Shown here piece by piece: positions 36,119 through 47,002 of a stretch of DNA of 64,000 nucleotides. The stretch lies in the NCBI GenBank assembly GCA_963422205.2, contig CAXMWX010000012.1, positions 1 through 64,000 on the forward strand. Direction: 5' to 3'. Positions within the stretch are counted from its first letter, which is position 1; each line of letters opens with the position of its first letter. The notes under the pieces were generated by a model. The model did no database searches. It saw only the letters and a list, made by a program, of their open reading frames with translations, and was not told where the DNA came from. The position numbers were made by a program, and so were the translations under genes. The DNA is from Gammaproteobacteria bacterium. Lineage in GTDB: Bacteria > Pseudomonadota > Gammaproteobacteria > Eutrophobiales > Eutrophobiaceae.

Positions 36119-37768
36119 TCACATATTGGGATAGTGCGGGCCGCCACCGCCCTCCGGTGTCACCCAGACAATATTCTGACCGGGGTCTTTGATATCGCAG
36201 GTTTTACAATGCACACAATTCTGTGCATTAATCTGCAATGTCTGCTTACCGTCTGCTTCAATAAACTCATAAACACCCGCCGGGCAATAACGCTGTTCAG
36301 GCCCGGCATAGTCTTGCAGATTACGCCGGATGGGCAGCGTGTCATCTTTTAATGTCAAATGACACGGCTGATCCTCCCCATGATGGGTATTGGATACAAA
36401 CACCGAGGAAAGCCGGTCAAAACTCAACACGCCATCCGGCTTGGGATAGCTGATCTGCTGGCACTGGCTGGCAGGTTTTAATGCACAGTGATCAGGCTGC
36501 GTATCGTGTAATGTGAAGGGCAACCGGCCATGGCAGAGCCCCTGATCAAGATAATTAAACGCACTTCCCAGATACAGGCCAAACTTATGCAGGGCCGGCC
36601 CGAAATTACGTGAACGATAGATCTCCTCCCCGGCCCAACTCTGCCTGAAATGCTCATCAAATTGCTGCAAGTCCTTGCCTGCTGCCCCCTCATTCGTCAG
36701 CGCAGCAAACAGGGTCTCAGCGGCAACCATGCCCGACTTCATCGCCGTATGTGTGCCTTTTATCTTGGCAAAATTCAAGGTGCCAGCATCACAGCCCACC
36801 AGCAAACCGCCCGGCATGGACATCCTGGGCAGGGAATTCAACCCGCCTTTACAGATCGCACGGGCGCCATAGGCCAGCCTTTTACCTGCGCCAAGTGTGC
36901 TGGCAATCACCGGATGGTGTTTCAGGCGCTGAAATTCATCGAACGGACTCAACCAGGGGTTCTGATAATTCAGATCAACGATTAAGCCGACCGCCACCTG
37001 ATTATCCTCCAGATGATAAAGAAAAAACCCGCCTGAGGCGTCCTTATCCAGCGGCCAGCCCACACCATGCACCACCAACCCCGGCCGGTGGTGTTCAGGT
37101 GTCACCTCCCAAAGCTCCTTTAGGCCGATCCCATAGTGTTGCGGGTCACGACCGCTCGCCATATCGAATCTCTCCAGTAACTGCCGACCCAAATGACCAC
37201 GACACCCCTCGGCAAATACGGTATATCGGGCAAGCACCTCCAACCCGGCTTCAAAACCCTCTTTCTGTTCCCCGTTGGCCGCAACACCCATGTCGCCTGT
37301 GGCAACCCCCTTAATACTGCCCGCCTCGTCATAGAGAATTTCAGCGGCGGCAAAACCGGGGTAGATTTCAACGTCAAGGGCTTCGGCCTGTTCGGCCAGC
37401 CAGCGGCAGACATTGCCCAGGCTGACGATATAGTTACCGGCATTGTGCATCGGCGCTGGCAGCAGAAAATGGGGGATTTTGATTGCGCTGCGCGCACCGG
37501 TGAGCAGATAAAACGCATCTCGTTCAGCAATCGTTGTTAAGGGGGCGCCCGCCTCCTGCCAGCCGGGCAGCAACTCATGCAAGGCCCGTGGCTCTATCAC
37601 GGCACCGGAGAGAATATGTGCGCCCACCTCCGAACCCTTCTCCAACACACAGACAGTATCGTCCCTGCCCTCTGCCCTGGCCAGTTGCTTTAACTTAATG
37701 GCCGTGCTCAGCCCGGCCGGACCTGCGCCCACGATAACGACATCATATTGCATGGACTCACGCCCCAT
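36119..37768 (-). CDS. ETF-ubiquinone oxidoreductase
   Basis: GAGPAG, EKGSEVGAHILSGA, NCVHCKTCDIKDP. Confidence 0.96.
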   Translation of the reverse strand: MGRESMQYDVVIVGAGPAGLSTAIKLKQLARAEGRDDTVCVLEKGSEVGAHILSGAVIEPRALHELLPGWQEAGAPLTTIAERDAFYLLTGARSAIKIPHFLLPAPMHNAGNYIVSLGNVCRWLAEQAEALDVEIYPGFAAAEILYDEAGSIKGVATGDMGVAANGEQKEGFEAGLEVLARYTVFAEGCRGHLGRQLLERFDMASGRDPQHYGIGLKELWEVTPEHHRPGLVVHGVGWPLDKDASGGFFLYHLEDNQVAVGLIVDLNYQNPWLSPFDEFQRLKHHPVIASTLGAGKRLAYGARAICKGGLNSLPRMSMPGGLLVGCDAGTLNFAKIKGTHTAMKSGMVAAETLFAALTNEGAAGKDLQQFDEHFRQSWAGEEIYRSRNFGPALHKFGLYLGSAFNYLDQGLCHGRLPFTLHDTQPDHCALKPASQCQQISYPKPDGVLSFDRLSSVFVSNTHHGEDQPCHLTLKDDTLPIRRNLQDYAGPEQRYCPAGVYEFIEADGKQTLQINAQNCVHCKTCDIKDPGQNIVWVTPEGGGGPHYPNM

Positions 37769-37860
37769 AGCCTCACCTCGTTTTTATGGCCTGGCGGGGG
37801 CGGCCTGATGGTTCAAAGACATCACCGAAGTTCAACCGTCATCCACATCAGGTGAGGGGT

Positions 37861-39189
37861 TTACCGTCTGACTTTTTTGCTTTGCAGACTTCTCTCCAAC
37901 TCGGCCTTGCGCTTCATCTCTGTGCTGACATAGTGCAACCAAGTCTCAGCCGTTTTACGCGATTGTTTATCTTTGGCCGCTTCACGAAATGAAGTGAGTG
38001 AAGAGTTAAAGCGTTGCAATTCAAACTCTGCCAGCCCCTTCATGATATACGCCTGGCCTCGACGCTTGATGCCGCCTTTTTTGAAAGCGGTTTGCAGGGA
38101 ATCCACCGCCTCTTTGTATTGATCCAGGTTCATATAGGCCTGGGCAAGGCGCACATTCAAATCACCATCGCTGGAAATACTGGCCGCTCGCTTTAACGGC
38201 GGGATAGACTTCTCGCTTTCCTGGGCCTGTAACCAGGCCTGTGACAGCAATCTCAGATTACGGATATTGCGCTCGATCTTCTGCTCCTGCATGCCTTTAT
38301 CCAGCAAGACCGCCGCCTTGTAAGGGGCTTCATGTAACAGATAAAGATTGGCCAGGTTAAGCTGTTGATTGCCACGTTCCAGATTGCCCTGATCATAGAG
38401 CATCTCCAGTATGGCCATCTGTTTATCCAGGCGCTTTAGCTCCGAGTAGGCGCCGGCCATGGTCAGCCAGTATTCATTTTTTGGATACAAGGCGACCAAC
38501 TCCTTCAATGTCTTGACCATGTTCTTGTAATCGCCCAGATTAAAATAATCCACGCGCATGAGTAACAACAGGTTTTCTTTCGGCTTGTCACCACGCTCCT
38601 TGACCAGCTTATACGCCTGCTTTAAGGGCACCAGCGATTCCTTGTACTTGCCTAACTGATAATACCCCTGCCCCAGCAGCATATAGGCATTTTCAGTCGG
38701 CTTCGGTGTGATGGCAAACCAGCGCTTGATGGTATCCACCGCTTTTCTGTAGTCTTCCAGGATAAAATATAATTGGGCCAGGGTGTAAAGTGAGTTCTGT
38801 ATCAGCGCTTCCGGCAGGTCTGGCTGGGCCAGGACTTTCTCATAGGAACGAATGGCCTCTTTATATTTCTCCAGAGTAAAGTAGGTATAGGCGAAGTAGT
38901 TATAAAGCTGGGCTTTCTCATAAGGCGTGAGCTTGGGCTGCTTCTCCAACTCACGCAGCTTGGCAAGGCCAGCATTATAATCCTTCGCTTCAATCAACTC
39001 CTGTGCTTCGGTCAGCTTTTTGTAGACCTTCTCGCCCATGGAAGGCGTCTTTGTCGTCTTGCGCTTCTCACCATCACCGGCAGCACCGGCTTCAACAACA
39101 GGGGTATGGATGAGGGCCGGCACGATACTGCAAACCACCAACAGCACAGCAACACGACATGTATTCAACATTCGTTGCATGGGTTTCAT
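37861..39189 (-). CDS. TPR protein of the TonB2-type operon
   Basis: Signal peptide and TPR repeats; follows tonB. Confidence 0.85.
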   Translation of the reverse strand: MKPMQRMLNTCRVAVLLVVCSIVPALIHTPVVEAGAAGDGEKRKTTKTPSMGEKVYKKLTEAQELIEAKDYNAGLAKLRELEKQPKLTPYEKAQLYNYFAYTYFTLEKYKEAIRSYEKVLAQPDLPEALIQNSLYTLAQLYFILEDYRKAVDTIKRWFAITPKPTENAYMLLGQGYYQLGKYKESLVPLKQAYKLVKERGDKPKENLLLLMRVDYFNLGDYKNMVKTLKELVALYPKNEYWLTMAGAYSELKRLDKQMAILEMLYDQGNLERGNQQLNLANLYLLHEAPYKAAVLLDKGMQEQKIERNIRNLRLLSQAWLQAQESEKSIPPLKRAASISSDGDLNVRLAQAYMNLDQYKEAVDSLQTAFKKGGIKRRGQAYIMKGLAEFELQRFNSSLTSFREAAKDKQSRKTAETWLHYVSTEMKRKAELERSLQSKKVRR

Positions 39190-39193
39190 CACT

Positions 39194-39814
39194 CTACTCC
39201 TCAATCGCAAAGGTGATTTTATTTTGCACACCGGGCACCTCAATCGGCTGCCCGTCGACGATCCTCGGCTTGTACTTAAACTTGCCCGCTGCCTGAGTCG
39301 CCGCCTTTTCGAACATGCCCTTCGGCTTGGCCTCAACGATGAAGATATCCTTGGTCGTGCCCTGCTTGGTCACGGTAAATTCGACGATCACATACCCTTC
39401 AATACCACGGGAGAGCGCTCTTCTGGGGTAGACCGGCTGGACTTTGACAATCGGCAGATACTCACCATCACTGGGCGCCAGACCAAACCCGCTGGCATCC
39501 AGATTAATGCTGGTATTGACGGGGGCTGCCGAGACCTGCATGGCCTGGGCCTCCGGATTAATATCATCCATCGCTGGCGGCGGCGGTTCCGGGGGTGGCT
39601 CATCCGGCGGCGGGGGTTTCTTGGGCTTGGGTTTTTTCGGGTTCACCAGCTCTTCCGGGGGTACCCGGACAAAATCCAAGATACGCCCCACCTCATCCTC
39701 ATCCAGGGGTTTTTTTGACAGTGCAATCAGATGCTGCATCAAAAAGAACAGGCCAAATACCACCACGCCTGCTATCAGTACGACAACAATAGAGCGTATG
39801 ACAAGCGCCGGCAT
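39194..39814 (-). CDS. tonB: Energy transducer TonB
   Basis: N-terminal TM, Pro-rich linker, YPRRA..GIEG.V.V.F. Confidence 0.93.
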   Translation of the reverse strand: MPALVIRSIVVVLIAGVVVFGLFFLMQHLIALSKKPLDEDEVGRILDFVRVPPEELVNPKKPKPKKPPPPDEPPPEPPPPAMDDINPEAQAMQVSAAPVNTSINLDASGFGLAPSDGEYLPIVKVQPVYPRRALSRGIEGYVIVEFTVTKQGTTKDIFIVEAKPKGMFEKAATQAAGKFKYKPRIVDGQPIEVPGVQNKITFAIEE

Positions 39815-39817
39815 GGC

Positions 39818-40219
39818 TTATCTTTCAGCCGCCAGTGCAATGTTATACACACCCGCCTGGCGGGCGGCATCCATGACCTCGACCAGTAATTTATTTTTTG
39901 ACTCCTCATCCGCCTGAATGACCACAGAGCCTTGCGGATTCTCAGCATGCAGCCGCTCAATATTCGGCCTCACCGCCCGGACATCAACCTTGCGCCTGTC
40001 AATCCAGATATTATTATTCGCATCAATGGCCACCAGAATATTGGCCTTCTTTTTGACCTCGGCGGTCGGGGCATCCGGCTTGTTGACATCGATACCGGTT
40101 TCTTTGATAAAGGTGGCTGTGACGATAAAGAAAATCAACATGATAAACACCACATCAATCAGTGGTGTCAGGTCTACCTGAGATTCATCATCGCCAGCCG
40201 CTTGAGTTATTCTTCGCAT
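39818..40219 (-). CDS. exbD: ExbD
   Basis: DLTPLIDVVFIMLIFFIVT. Confidence 0.94.
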   Translation of the reverse strand: MRRITQAAGDDESQVDLTPLIDVVFIMLIFFIVTATFIKETGIDVNKPDAPTAEVKKKANILVAIDANNNIWIDRRKVDVRAVRPNIERLHAENPQGSVVIQADEESKNKLLVEVMDAARQAGVYNIALAAER

Positions 40220-40243
40220 AAAGCACCTGTGTCGGGTTAGTCA

Positions 40244-40825
40244 CTAATGATCCATCGTCATGTGTTCACCTAGCATCTCAACCTCCGCATCGGCCTTGCG
40301 TTGCAGGTACACACTGATAAACAAACCGGAAAGCGCCGCCACCATCCCGGACATGGTCGGCACGGTGGCCTTGGAGACGCCAGCCGCCATCGCCCTGGCA
40401 TTGCCCGTACCCAGCAAGGACATGACTTCAAACACGGCAATCATGCCAGTCACCGTACCCAGCAGCCCCATTAATGGACACAGGGCAACGCAGGCCTGGA
40501 TCAGGCCAAGGTAACGGGTCGCCGAAAGACGCACTTCGGAGATCAATGCTTCACGCACCCGGCGAGCATGCCATGACCGGCGCTCATCCCGTGCCTCCCA
40601 GCGATCGATGGTCTGCCGGACAACGTGTTTGTGATCGGTAGCGAAATAGAGAAAACGCTCAATGATCATAATCCACATAATGGTCAACACAAACGCTATC
40701 AGCAGCAGGACATCGCCGCCCAGTTCCATAAAATCCCGGATCGCCTCCCACATGTTCACAAAGCCCTGCTCCAGGCCAACCACGCCGGTGATGGCTCTTA
40801 ATATGGCGTAGATAATCTCGATCAT
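40244..40825 (-). CDS. exbB: ExbB/MotA/TolQ proton channel protein
   Basis: PLMGLLGTVTGMI; MAAGVSKA. Confidence 0.9.
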   Translation of the reverse strand: MIEIIYAILRAITGVVGLEQGFVNMWEAIRDFMELGGDVLLLIAFVLTIMWIMIIERFLYFATDHKHVVRQTIDRWEARDERRSWHARRVREALISEVRLSATRYLGLIQACVALCPLMGLLGTVTGMIAVFEVMSLLGTGNARAMAAGVSKATVPTMSGMVAALSGLFISVYLQRKADAEVEMLGEHMTMDH

Positions 40826-40857
40826 CAGTCGCTCTGCCTCATGCTCAACTCATCCGG

Positions 40858-42243
40858 CTAACCCTTCTGGCTTTGGGATGCCTCGGCAACCAGCCCGGTC
40901 GCCTGCTCTTCCAGCAACTCAACGATACGTTTGCTGCGACCGGCAACCAGCGCATGCAAAAAGACCGTCGGGATGGCGACACACAGGCCCAGCATGGTGG
41001 TCACCAGGGCCTGCGAGATCCCGCCGGCCATCAGTTTCGGATCACCCGTACCGAATAGGGTAATCGCCTGGAAGGTGAGGATCATACCGGTCACCGTACC
41101 CAGCAGCCCCAGCAGGGGAGCAACCACGGCAATGACTTTTAGCAGGGTATTGAAGCGGTTCAGGCCCGGCACCTCGCGCAACACCGCCTCCCCCATCTTC
41201 AACTCCAGCGACTCAACATCCATGTTCTTGTTATCAGCATAGACCTGTAACACCCGGCCGAGCGGGTTACCTTGATTCGGGCTGCGAAGGTTGCGCCGTT
41301 GGGCGGCGACCTTCATGCTCATCAGCATCAGCCAGATGGCACGTAACACCGCAACGATAAAGGCAAACAGACCGAGGAAGATAATAATGCGACCAATCAC
41401 ACCGCCCTGCTCCCAGGCGCGCTCCCGCCAGCTCGGCTCTTCCACCAGCAGGCCGAGCAGTTGACCTCGGGTGGGGTCCAGGCCCATCTTCACCAAGCCG
41501 CTGTCGGCTACGCTCAACTCCTCTGCCGTGTTCACAAAACGGGGCTTGGGCTGGCGGATTAACTCCGAGACCTTTTCGGTTTCAAAATCGTATTTCAGGT
41601 ATTTGCCATCGGCGATGATATTAAACAGCCCGACCCGAATCACATCGGTGTCTGCCTCATTACCCTCAGCGAGGACATCGGTATTGAAGCGACTGACCTT
41701 GCCCGACTCGGTCATTTCCCGCTGCAATTCAAACCATAGCCGCTCGATCTCCTCCAGTGAGGCCAGCTGGGAAGTGGAACTCATCTTCTCGACCAATTCG
41801 GTCAGGAATGCGCCCCGGTCAGGGTATTGAATATTGGTGAGCGAGCTGTCGAAATTACCGCGGGCATCGCCCGCCGCCTGTTGCAACACGCCGAATAACT
41901 CCTTCAAAGAACCCAGGCGTTTATTCAGCAGATCGGCCAGTTCAGCAATCTGCAACTCGTTCTCATCAAACCTGGCCTCCATCTGCGCGCTGATGGCCTC
42001 TTGCTGTGCGCGCTCTTGCCTCGCCTGTTCCATTAGCTGCGCCTGCCTGGCCTTGTTGCGGGCAAACTCGGCCTCGCGCGCCTTGTTACGCTGGTTCTCC
42101 TGCAAGGCGGCTTCTCTGACCTGTTTTAATAATTGATCCAGCGTGGCCGCTTTTTGCTGCGCGCCCGGCTGGAGGGAAAACAGGCAGGCCACGATGGCAA
42201 CGATGGCAACGTATGCCCGGGCAGTATATGTCAGGGCGCTCAT
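40858..42243 (-). CDS. Large MotA/TolQ/ExbB protein (TtpC-like)
   Basis: Periplasmic coiled coil plus APLLGLLGTVTGMI..GDPKLMAGGISQALVTT. Confidence 0.9.
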   Translation of the reverse strand: MSALTYTARAYVAIVAIVACLFSLQPGAQQKAATLDQLLKQVREAALQENQRNKAREAEFARNKARQAQLMEQARQERAQQEAISAQMEARFDENELQIAELADLLNKRLGSLKELFGVLQQAAGDARGNFDSSLTNIQYPDRGAFLTELVEKMSSTSQLASLEEIERLWFELQREMTESGKVSRFNTDVLAEGNEADTDVIRVGLFNIIADGKYLKYDFETEKVSELIRQPKPRFVNTAEELSVADSGLVKMGLDPTRGQLLGLLVEEPSWRERAWEQGGVIGRIIIFLGLFAFIVAVLRAIWLMLMSMKVAAQRRNLRSPNQGNPLGRVLQVYADNKNMDVESLELKMGEAVLREVPGLNRFNTLLKVIAVVAPLLGLLGTVTGMILTFQAITLFGTGDPKLMAGGISQALVTTMLGLCVAIPTVFLHALVAGRSKRIVELLEEQATGLVAEASQSQKG

Positions 42244-43019
42244 TGTGCATCTCCGGCGGCGTTGACCGGCAGCATAATCAGATCAGGGGCGACCTGCTTG
42301 CGGGCTATCTTCAAGCCCTTGGCAATATGATTGCGGTACTCAGCAGCATCAAGCTCAACCCATTGCCGTGCCTGCTGATCCCATGCCTTGTTCAGTTTGC
42401 CCGTCTCATCCTGATAGACCAGCGATACCCGACCGAAACGCAGCAGGCTGACCTCTATCCCGTCGATCACATCCTTGTAAGCCTCAATGGTGCGGCCATA
42501 GTCGTTCTCGATCTGATAGGCCTCCAGCACGTTTCTGAATTTCTCAGCGGCGGTCACATCCGCCCGGCCTATGGTATCGCGCAGACGGACAATGCGATCA
42601 CGCCGCTCTTCCAGCAAAAACGGCACATCCAGCTCAATAAACTGCGCCAGCGCATCGACCATTTTCAGCATCAGCGGCGTGATTTGCCGTTCGATAATGG
42701 AAACCTCTTCTATCGAATCCCTTAACTGCTGCATCTCATCAGTTTGCAATTCAAGCTGTTTACGCAGCAGCGTGTTGTAGACCTTCAACCCATCGATCAC
42801 CTTCAACTCTTTTTTATAGCGGGCAACGATCTTCTCGGTCGACTCTGAGATGGTATCGATCTTTTTTTGCGAGGCGGCCGCTGTTTTGTTCCTGGTCACG
42901 CCCGTATCAACGACTTTATCGACCTTGTCCTGCGCCTGCACCTGCTGGGTCAACGCCAGTGTGAACAGGAAGATCAGCCACCACGGATTGCGGATACATA
43001 AAAATTTTAAAGTTTCCAT
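42240..43019 (-). CDS. DUF3450 family protein
   Basis: LDVPFL.EER; EKFR.VLEAYQIE.DYGR. Confidence 0.88.
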   Translation of the reverse strand: METLKFLCIRNPWWLIFLFTLALTQQVQAQDKVDKVVDTGVTRNKTAAASQKKIDTISESTEKIVARYKKELKVIDGLKVYNTLLRKQLELQTDEMQQLRDSIEEVSIIERQITPLMLKMVDALAQFIELDVPFLLEERRDRIVRLRDTIGRADVTAAEKFRNVLEAYQIENDYGRTIEAYKDVIDGIEVSLLRFGRVSLVYQDETGKLNKAWDQQARQWVELDAAEYRNHIAKGLKIARKQVAPDLIMLPVNAAGDAQ

Positions 43020-43463
43020 AAGCTAAGCAAGGCCTCCACCAGATGGTGATTATTTCGATGGTAATGTGTTATTAAAGTGTCAAGTTGATCGTAATTTGCA
43101 CAGTCCTGCTAATGACTATCTCCGGCATTTATTATTATAATCTGTCAGAAGGTGCCAGGGTAATTGAAGTTCTCACAATATATCAATCGTTATCAATTAT
43201 TGAGCGTATGCCCCTCATCCCAAGTCGCACAACAAAACCATCATACCACGATAGTCTGCCCGAATTTTACGTTGACATCATCCAGAGTGCAAACGGGAAG
43301 TAAGTTATTTGACTGCCGCCCTGACATACACCCAGAACCAAGGAGAGTCCATGCACACCAGAGAACTTGCCATAAGCCATCATGATGCCATGTTCACGCT
43401 GGCCAGCCGGGCCGGGACACCCCGTACAGGCGAATTTGCCGCTTAACAGAAGCCGAATGCAAG

Positions 43464-44513
43464 ATGCATAATAGCAGCATAGATTCGGCCACAGCAGCCC
43501 TGACGGCCTACGGTTTGCAGGACAGCACCATCACCCGTCTGGACTCTGGCCTCATCAATCACAGCTTTTTGGTGCAAAGCAACAATCGGGGCGATTTTAT
43601 CCTGCAAGCCGTCAGCCCGATGTTCAGCCCCTTGAGTATGACCGATATTGACCATATCACGGCCTGTCTGGACAGCGCCGGGATACTCACCCCAAGGCTG
43701 ATCCGCACCCGGAAAAACCGGCTGTTTACCCATGCCAACGGGCATCTCTGGCGGCTGTATAACCGCATTCATGGCGAGACCAGACACCGCCTGTCCACCC
43801 CTGATGCGGCACACTCGGCCGGTGTCTTGCTGGCAGATATTCACCAGGCCCTGGCCGGACTGGACTACCGGCCATGTTCTCCCCGGCCGGACGTACACGA
43901 TACCGCCAGGCATATAGACCACCTGCAACAGTGCCTTAAAACACACGCCGACCACCCCGCCTTTGGTGCCGTAGAGCCCCTGGCACAGGAGATTCTGGCG
44001 CACTATCAGCACGTGCCGAGATTGCCTGTTGTGCCGGCCCGGCTGGTGCATGGCGATCCGAAAATATCCAACTTCCTCTATGCGGCAGGGACAGAGACCG
44101 CAATCTGCATGGTCGATTTCGACACCTTCGGTGACATGCCGCTGTGCCTGGAAATCGGCGATGCCCTGCGCTCCTGGGCCAACCCTGAAGGTGAGGACAC
44201 AGCACAGGGCAGGTTCCTGCTCGATACAGCCGTGGCTGCCCTGTCCGGTTACGCCAGCAGGGCAAAGCGCCTCATCCGGCCGGATGAGTGGCGGCCTATC
44301 GCCACGGCAACACAGACTGTTTACATTGAACTGGCCGCCAGGTTCTGTGCCGATGCCTTGACCGAAGATTATTTTGGCTGGGACGAACAATGCTTCCAGA
44401 GCCATTCCGAACATAGCCAGGTACGTGCCAGAGGCCAGTTAAATGCCGCCCTGTCACTGCAAGCACAACGGCATGAACTGCAAACGGCACTGGCGGATGT
44501 GTTTGCAGCATAA
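43464..44513 (+). CDS. Aminoglycoside phosphotransferase-family kinase
   Basis: GLINHSF, HGDPKISN, MVDFDT. Confidence 0.85.
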   Translation: MHNSSIDSATAALTAYGLQDSTITRLDSGLINHSFLVQSNNRGDFILQAVSPMFSPLSMTDIDHITACLDSAGILTPRLIRTRKNRLFTHANGHLWRLYNRIHGETRHRLSTPDAAHSAGVLLADIHQALAGLDYRPCSPRPDVHDTARHIDHLQQCLKTHADHPAFGAVEPLAQEILAHYQHVPRLPVVPARLVHGDPKISNFLYAAGTETAICMVDFDTFGDMPLCLEIGDALRSWANPEGEDTAQGRFLLDTAVAALSGYASRAKRLIRPDEWRPIATATQTVYIELAARFCADALTEDYFGWDEQCFQSHSEHSQVRARGQLNAALSLQAQRHELQTALADVFAA

Positions 44514-44632
44514 CCCCACCCGCTACCATGCGCCCGCATCGCACCCCGGGCCGGGTAAGGCTGTCAGCATAGAGCGATTTGATGATAAGATTGGTCAGCT
44601 CAATGACAAGCGGGAAGAACAGGGGTAAAAAA

Positions 44633-45409
44633 ATGCGCGATACCGTACTGTATGAAACCGATGCGGCCGTTGCCACCATCACCCTCAACCGGCCGGATGC
44701 CTTGAATGCCTTTACCCGGGAGATGCGGCTGGCACTCATTGAGGCCACCGCCAGGGCAAAAGCAGATCCGGCCATCCGTGCGGTGGTACTGACCGGGGCA
44801 GGACGCTGCTTCAGTGCAGGGGCCGATCTGAAGGCCGGGTTTCAAAGCGGGGCTGATGTGCAGCAACACCTCAATACAGAATATGCCCCCAGCCTCATCA
44901 ATATCGCCGAAATGGAGAAGCCGGTGATCAGTGCCATCAGCGGTTTTGCTGCTGGCATCGGCTTATCGTATGCATTGGCGGCAGACCTTGCTGTCATGGG
45001 CGAGAGGGCGTTTCTGCTCTCGCCATTCAGTACCATCGGCCTGGTGCCGGATGGCGGGGCAACCTGGCTGTTGACCCATGGCCTGGGCTACCACCGTGCC
45101 TATGAGATGGCGATTGACAATGAGCGATACACCGCTGCAAAGGCCCTGGAGACGGGGCTGGTTAATCGGGTGGTCGCTGATGATCACGTGCTGTCCACCG
45201 CCCGGGAGTGGGCGCAGGAGTTGAGCCAAAAAGCCCCGCTGGCACTGGGGCGGACAAAGCAACTGATGCGCCAGGCGGCCACAAGCCGCTTTAGCGATAC
45301 CATAGCCAATGAGGCCGCCCTGCAATGTCTGTGTGCTGACAGCAACGATGCCAAAGAAGGCGTAGCGGCGTTTCTTGAGAAGCGTCAGCCGGTATTCAAG
45401 GGAGGGTGA
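44633..45409 (+). CDS. Enoyl-CoA hydratase/isomerase
   Basis: ITLNRPDALNA, FSAGADL, IGLVPDGG. Confidence 0.93.
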   Translation: MRDTVLYETDAAVATITLNRPDALNAFTREMRLALIEATARAKADPAIRAVVLTGAGRCFSAGADLKAGFQSGADVQQHLNTEYAPSLINIAEMEKPVISAISGFAAGIGLSYALAADLAVMGERAFLLSPFSTIGLVPDGGATWLLTHGLGYHRAYEMAIDNERYTAAKALETGLVNRVVADDHVLSTAREWAQELSQKAPLALGRTKQLMRQAATSRFSDTIANEAALQCLCADSNDAKEGVAAFLEKRQPVFKGG

Positions 45410-46905
45410 GCAAGATAAATATCCGCCCCCAGCCCCAGCGGCAGATCGAACATTATCCACAACAATAATAACGCTGACCAGGCGATCAGCAGGGCGATGC
45501 TGTAGGGGATCATCATGGCGATGATCGTACCGATACCCGCCTCCTTGTCGTATTGCCTGACAAAGGCCACGACAACGCCAAAATACGGCATCAGCGGCGT
45601 GATGATATTGGTGGTACTGTCGCCAATACGGTAGGCCATTTGGGTCGCCTCCGGGGAGATCCCCAGCAGCAAAAACATCGGAATAAAAATGGGCGCAACC
45701 AGGGCCCATTTGGCCGATGCACTGCCGATGAACACATTAATACATGCCGCCATCAGGATAAAAATGATCAGCAGCAGGGCGGAATGCAGTTGCAGATGGG
45801 CGAGCAACTCCGCCCCTCTGATGGCGATAATACTGCCGATATGACTCCAGCTAAAATAACTCACGAACTGGGCAGCGAAAAACATCAACACCAGATAAGC
45901 AGCCATGATCGCCATGTGTTTTTCCATGCCCGCCACAAACTCACCACTGCTTCGATAACTGCCACTGATGCGGCCATAGATAATGCCAGCCACCGCTGCA
46001 TAGGCTGAGATGACCGTGACGATGCCACTGATAAAAGGCGAGCGCAGCACAGAGTGCGTTGCCTGGTCACGCAATATACCGGCTTGAGGCACAAGGCAAA
46101 GCAGCAAGACAATAACCACCACCAGGGTAAACAGCGCAACGGCTAACAAGCCCTTTCGCTCCTGGGGGCTGACCGTCTCTATTTCGGTGCTTTGCTGCCC
46201 ACCGGAGGGGAAACGCCGGCTGGTTATCTTCTCGGTGATCACGGTGGCCACCAGGGTAACGAGCACTGTCGATGCGATAATAAAATAATAATTCCCCGCC
46301 GCACTGACTTCATAGCCGGCCTGTATCAATGCCGCCGCTTCCGTGGACAAGCCCGCCAGCAAGGCATCTAAGGGGCCGATCAGCAAATTGGCACTGAATC
46401 CACCCGACACGCCCGCAAATGCGGCCGCTATCCCGACCACCGGATGACGATTGGCGCTGATAAAAACCAGCGCCGCCAGAGGGATCAACACAACATAGCC
46501 AGTGTCCGCCGCCAGGCTGGATAACACACCGGCCAACACCACCGTCAAGGTGAGCAGTTTTTGCGGTGTTCTGATCACGATGAGGCGCAGCAGGGCCGAG
46601 AGCAGCCCGGCATGTTCGGCCACCCCGATACCCATGATGGCAACCAGCACCGTACCCACGGGCGCAAAGCCGGTGAAGTTTGTCACGGTGTCGGTCAAGA
46701 TGCGATGCAGGCCCGCCACACTGAGCAGATTAACCACCTCTATCTGCTCGCCGGTGATTGGATGCACGGCACTAAATGCCAACACTGAAAACAGCGCCGA
46801 GGCCAACAACACGATGATGCACAACCAGACAAACAACAGGGTCGGATTAGGCAGCCGGTTACCCGTCGTCTCGATAAAATTCAAGATCGTGTGCAGGGAC
46901 ATCAC
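45385..46905 (-). CDS. abgT: AbgT family transporter
   Basis: GNRLP.P; AFAGVSGGFSANL; YRIGDS.TNIITPLMPY. Confidence 0.93.
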   Translation of the reverse strand: MMSLHTILNFIETTGNRLPNPTLLFVWLCIIVLLASALFSVLAFSAVHPITGEQIEVVNLLSVAGLHRILTDTVTNFTGFAPVGTVLVAIMGIGVAEHAGLLSALLRLIVIRTPQKLLTLTVVLAGVLSSLAADTGYVVLIPLAALVFISANRHPVVGIAAAFAGVSGGFSANLLIGPLDALLAGLSTEAAALIQAGYEVSAAGNYYFIIASTVLVTLVATVITEKITSRRFPSGGQQSTEIETVSPQERKGLLAVALFTLVVVIVLLLCLVPQAGILRDQATHSVLRSPFISGIVTVISAYAAVAGIIYGRISGSYRSSGEFVAGMEKHMAIMAAYLVLMFFAAQFVSYFSWSHIGSIIAIRGAELLAHLQLHSALLLIIFILMAACINVFIGSASAKWALVAPIFIPMFLLLGISPEATQMAYRIGDSTTNIITPLMPYFGVVVAFVRQYDKEAGIGTIIAMMIPYSIALLIAWSALLLLWIMFDLPLGLGADIYLAHPPLNTG

Positions 46906-47002
46906 ACGGCGCTGCCGCTCATTTAAGCGGCACAGCAGAAATAATGCGGATGCTCTCGATCATGCCCGATTATATGACCAGGTGCGCCCATAAAAAAATG
47001 GA

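Noticed and set aside
43443-44414. 323-aa minus-strand ORF and similar long antisense ORFs (e.g. 48003-49643, 52882-53562)
   Set aside because: Shadows of well-supported opposite-strand genes in GC-rich DNA; no motifs
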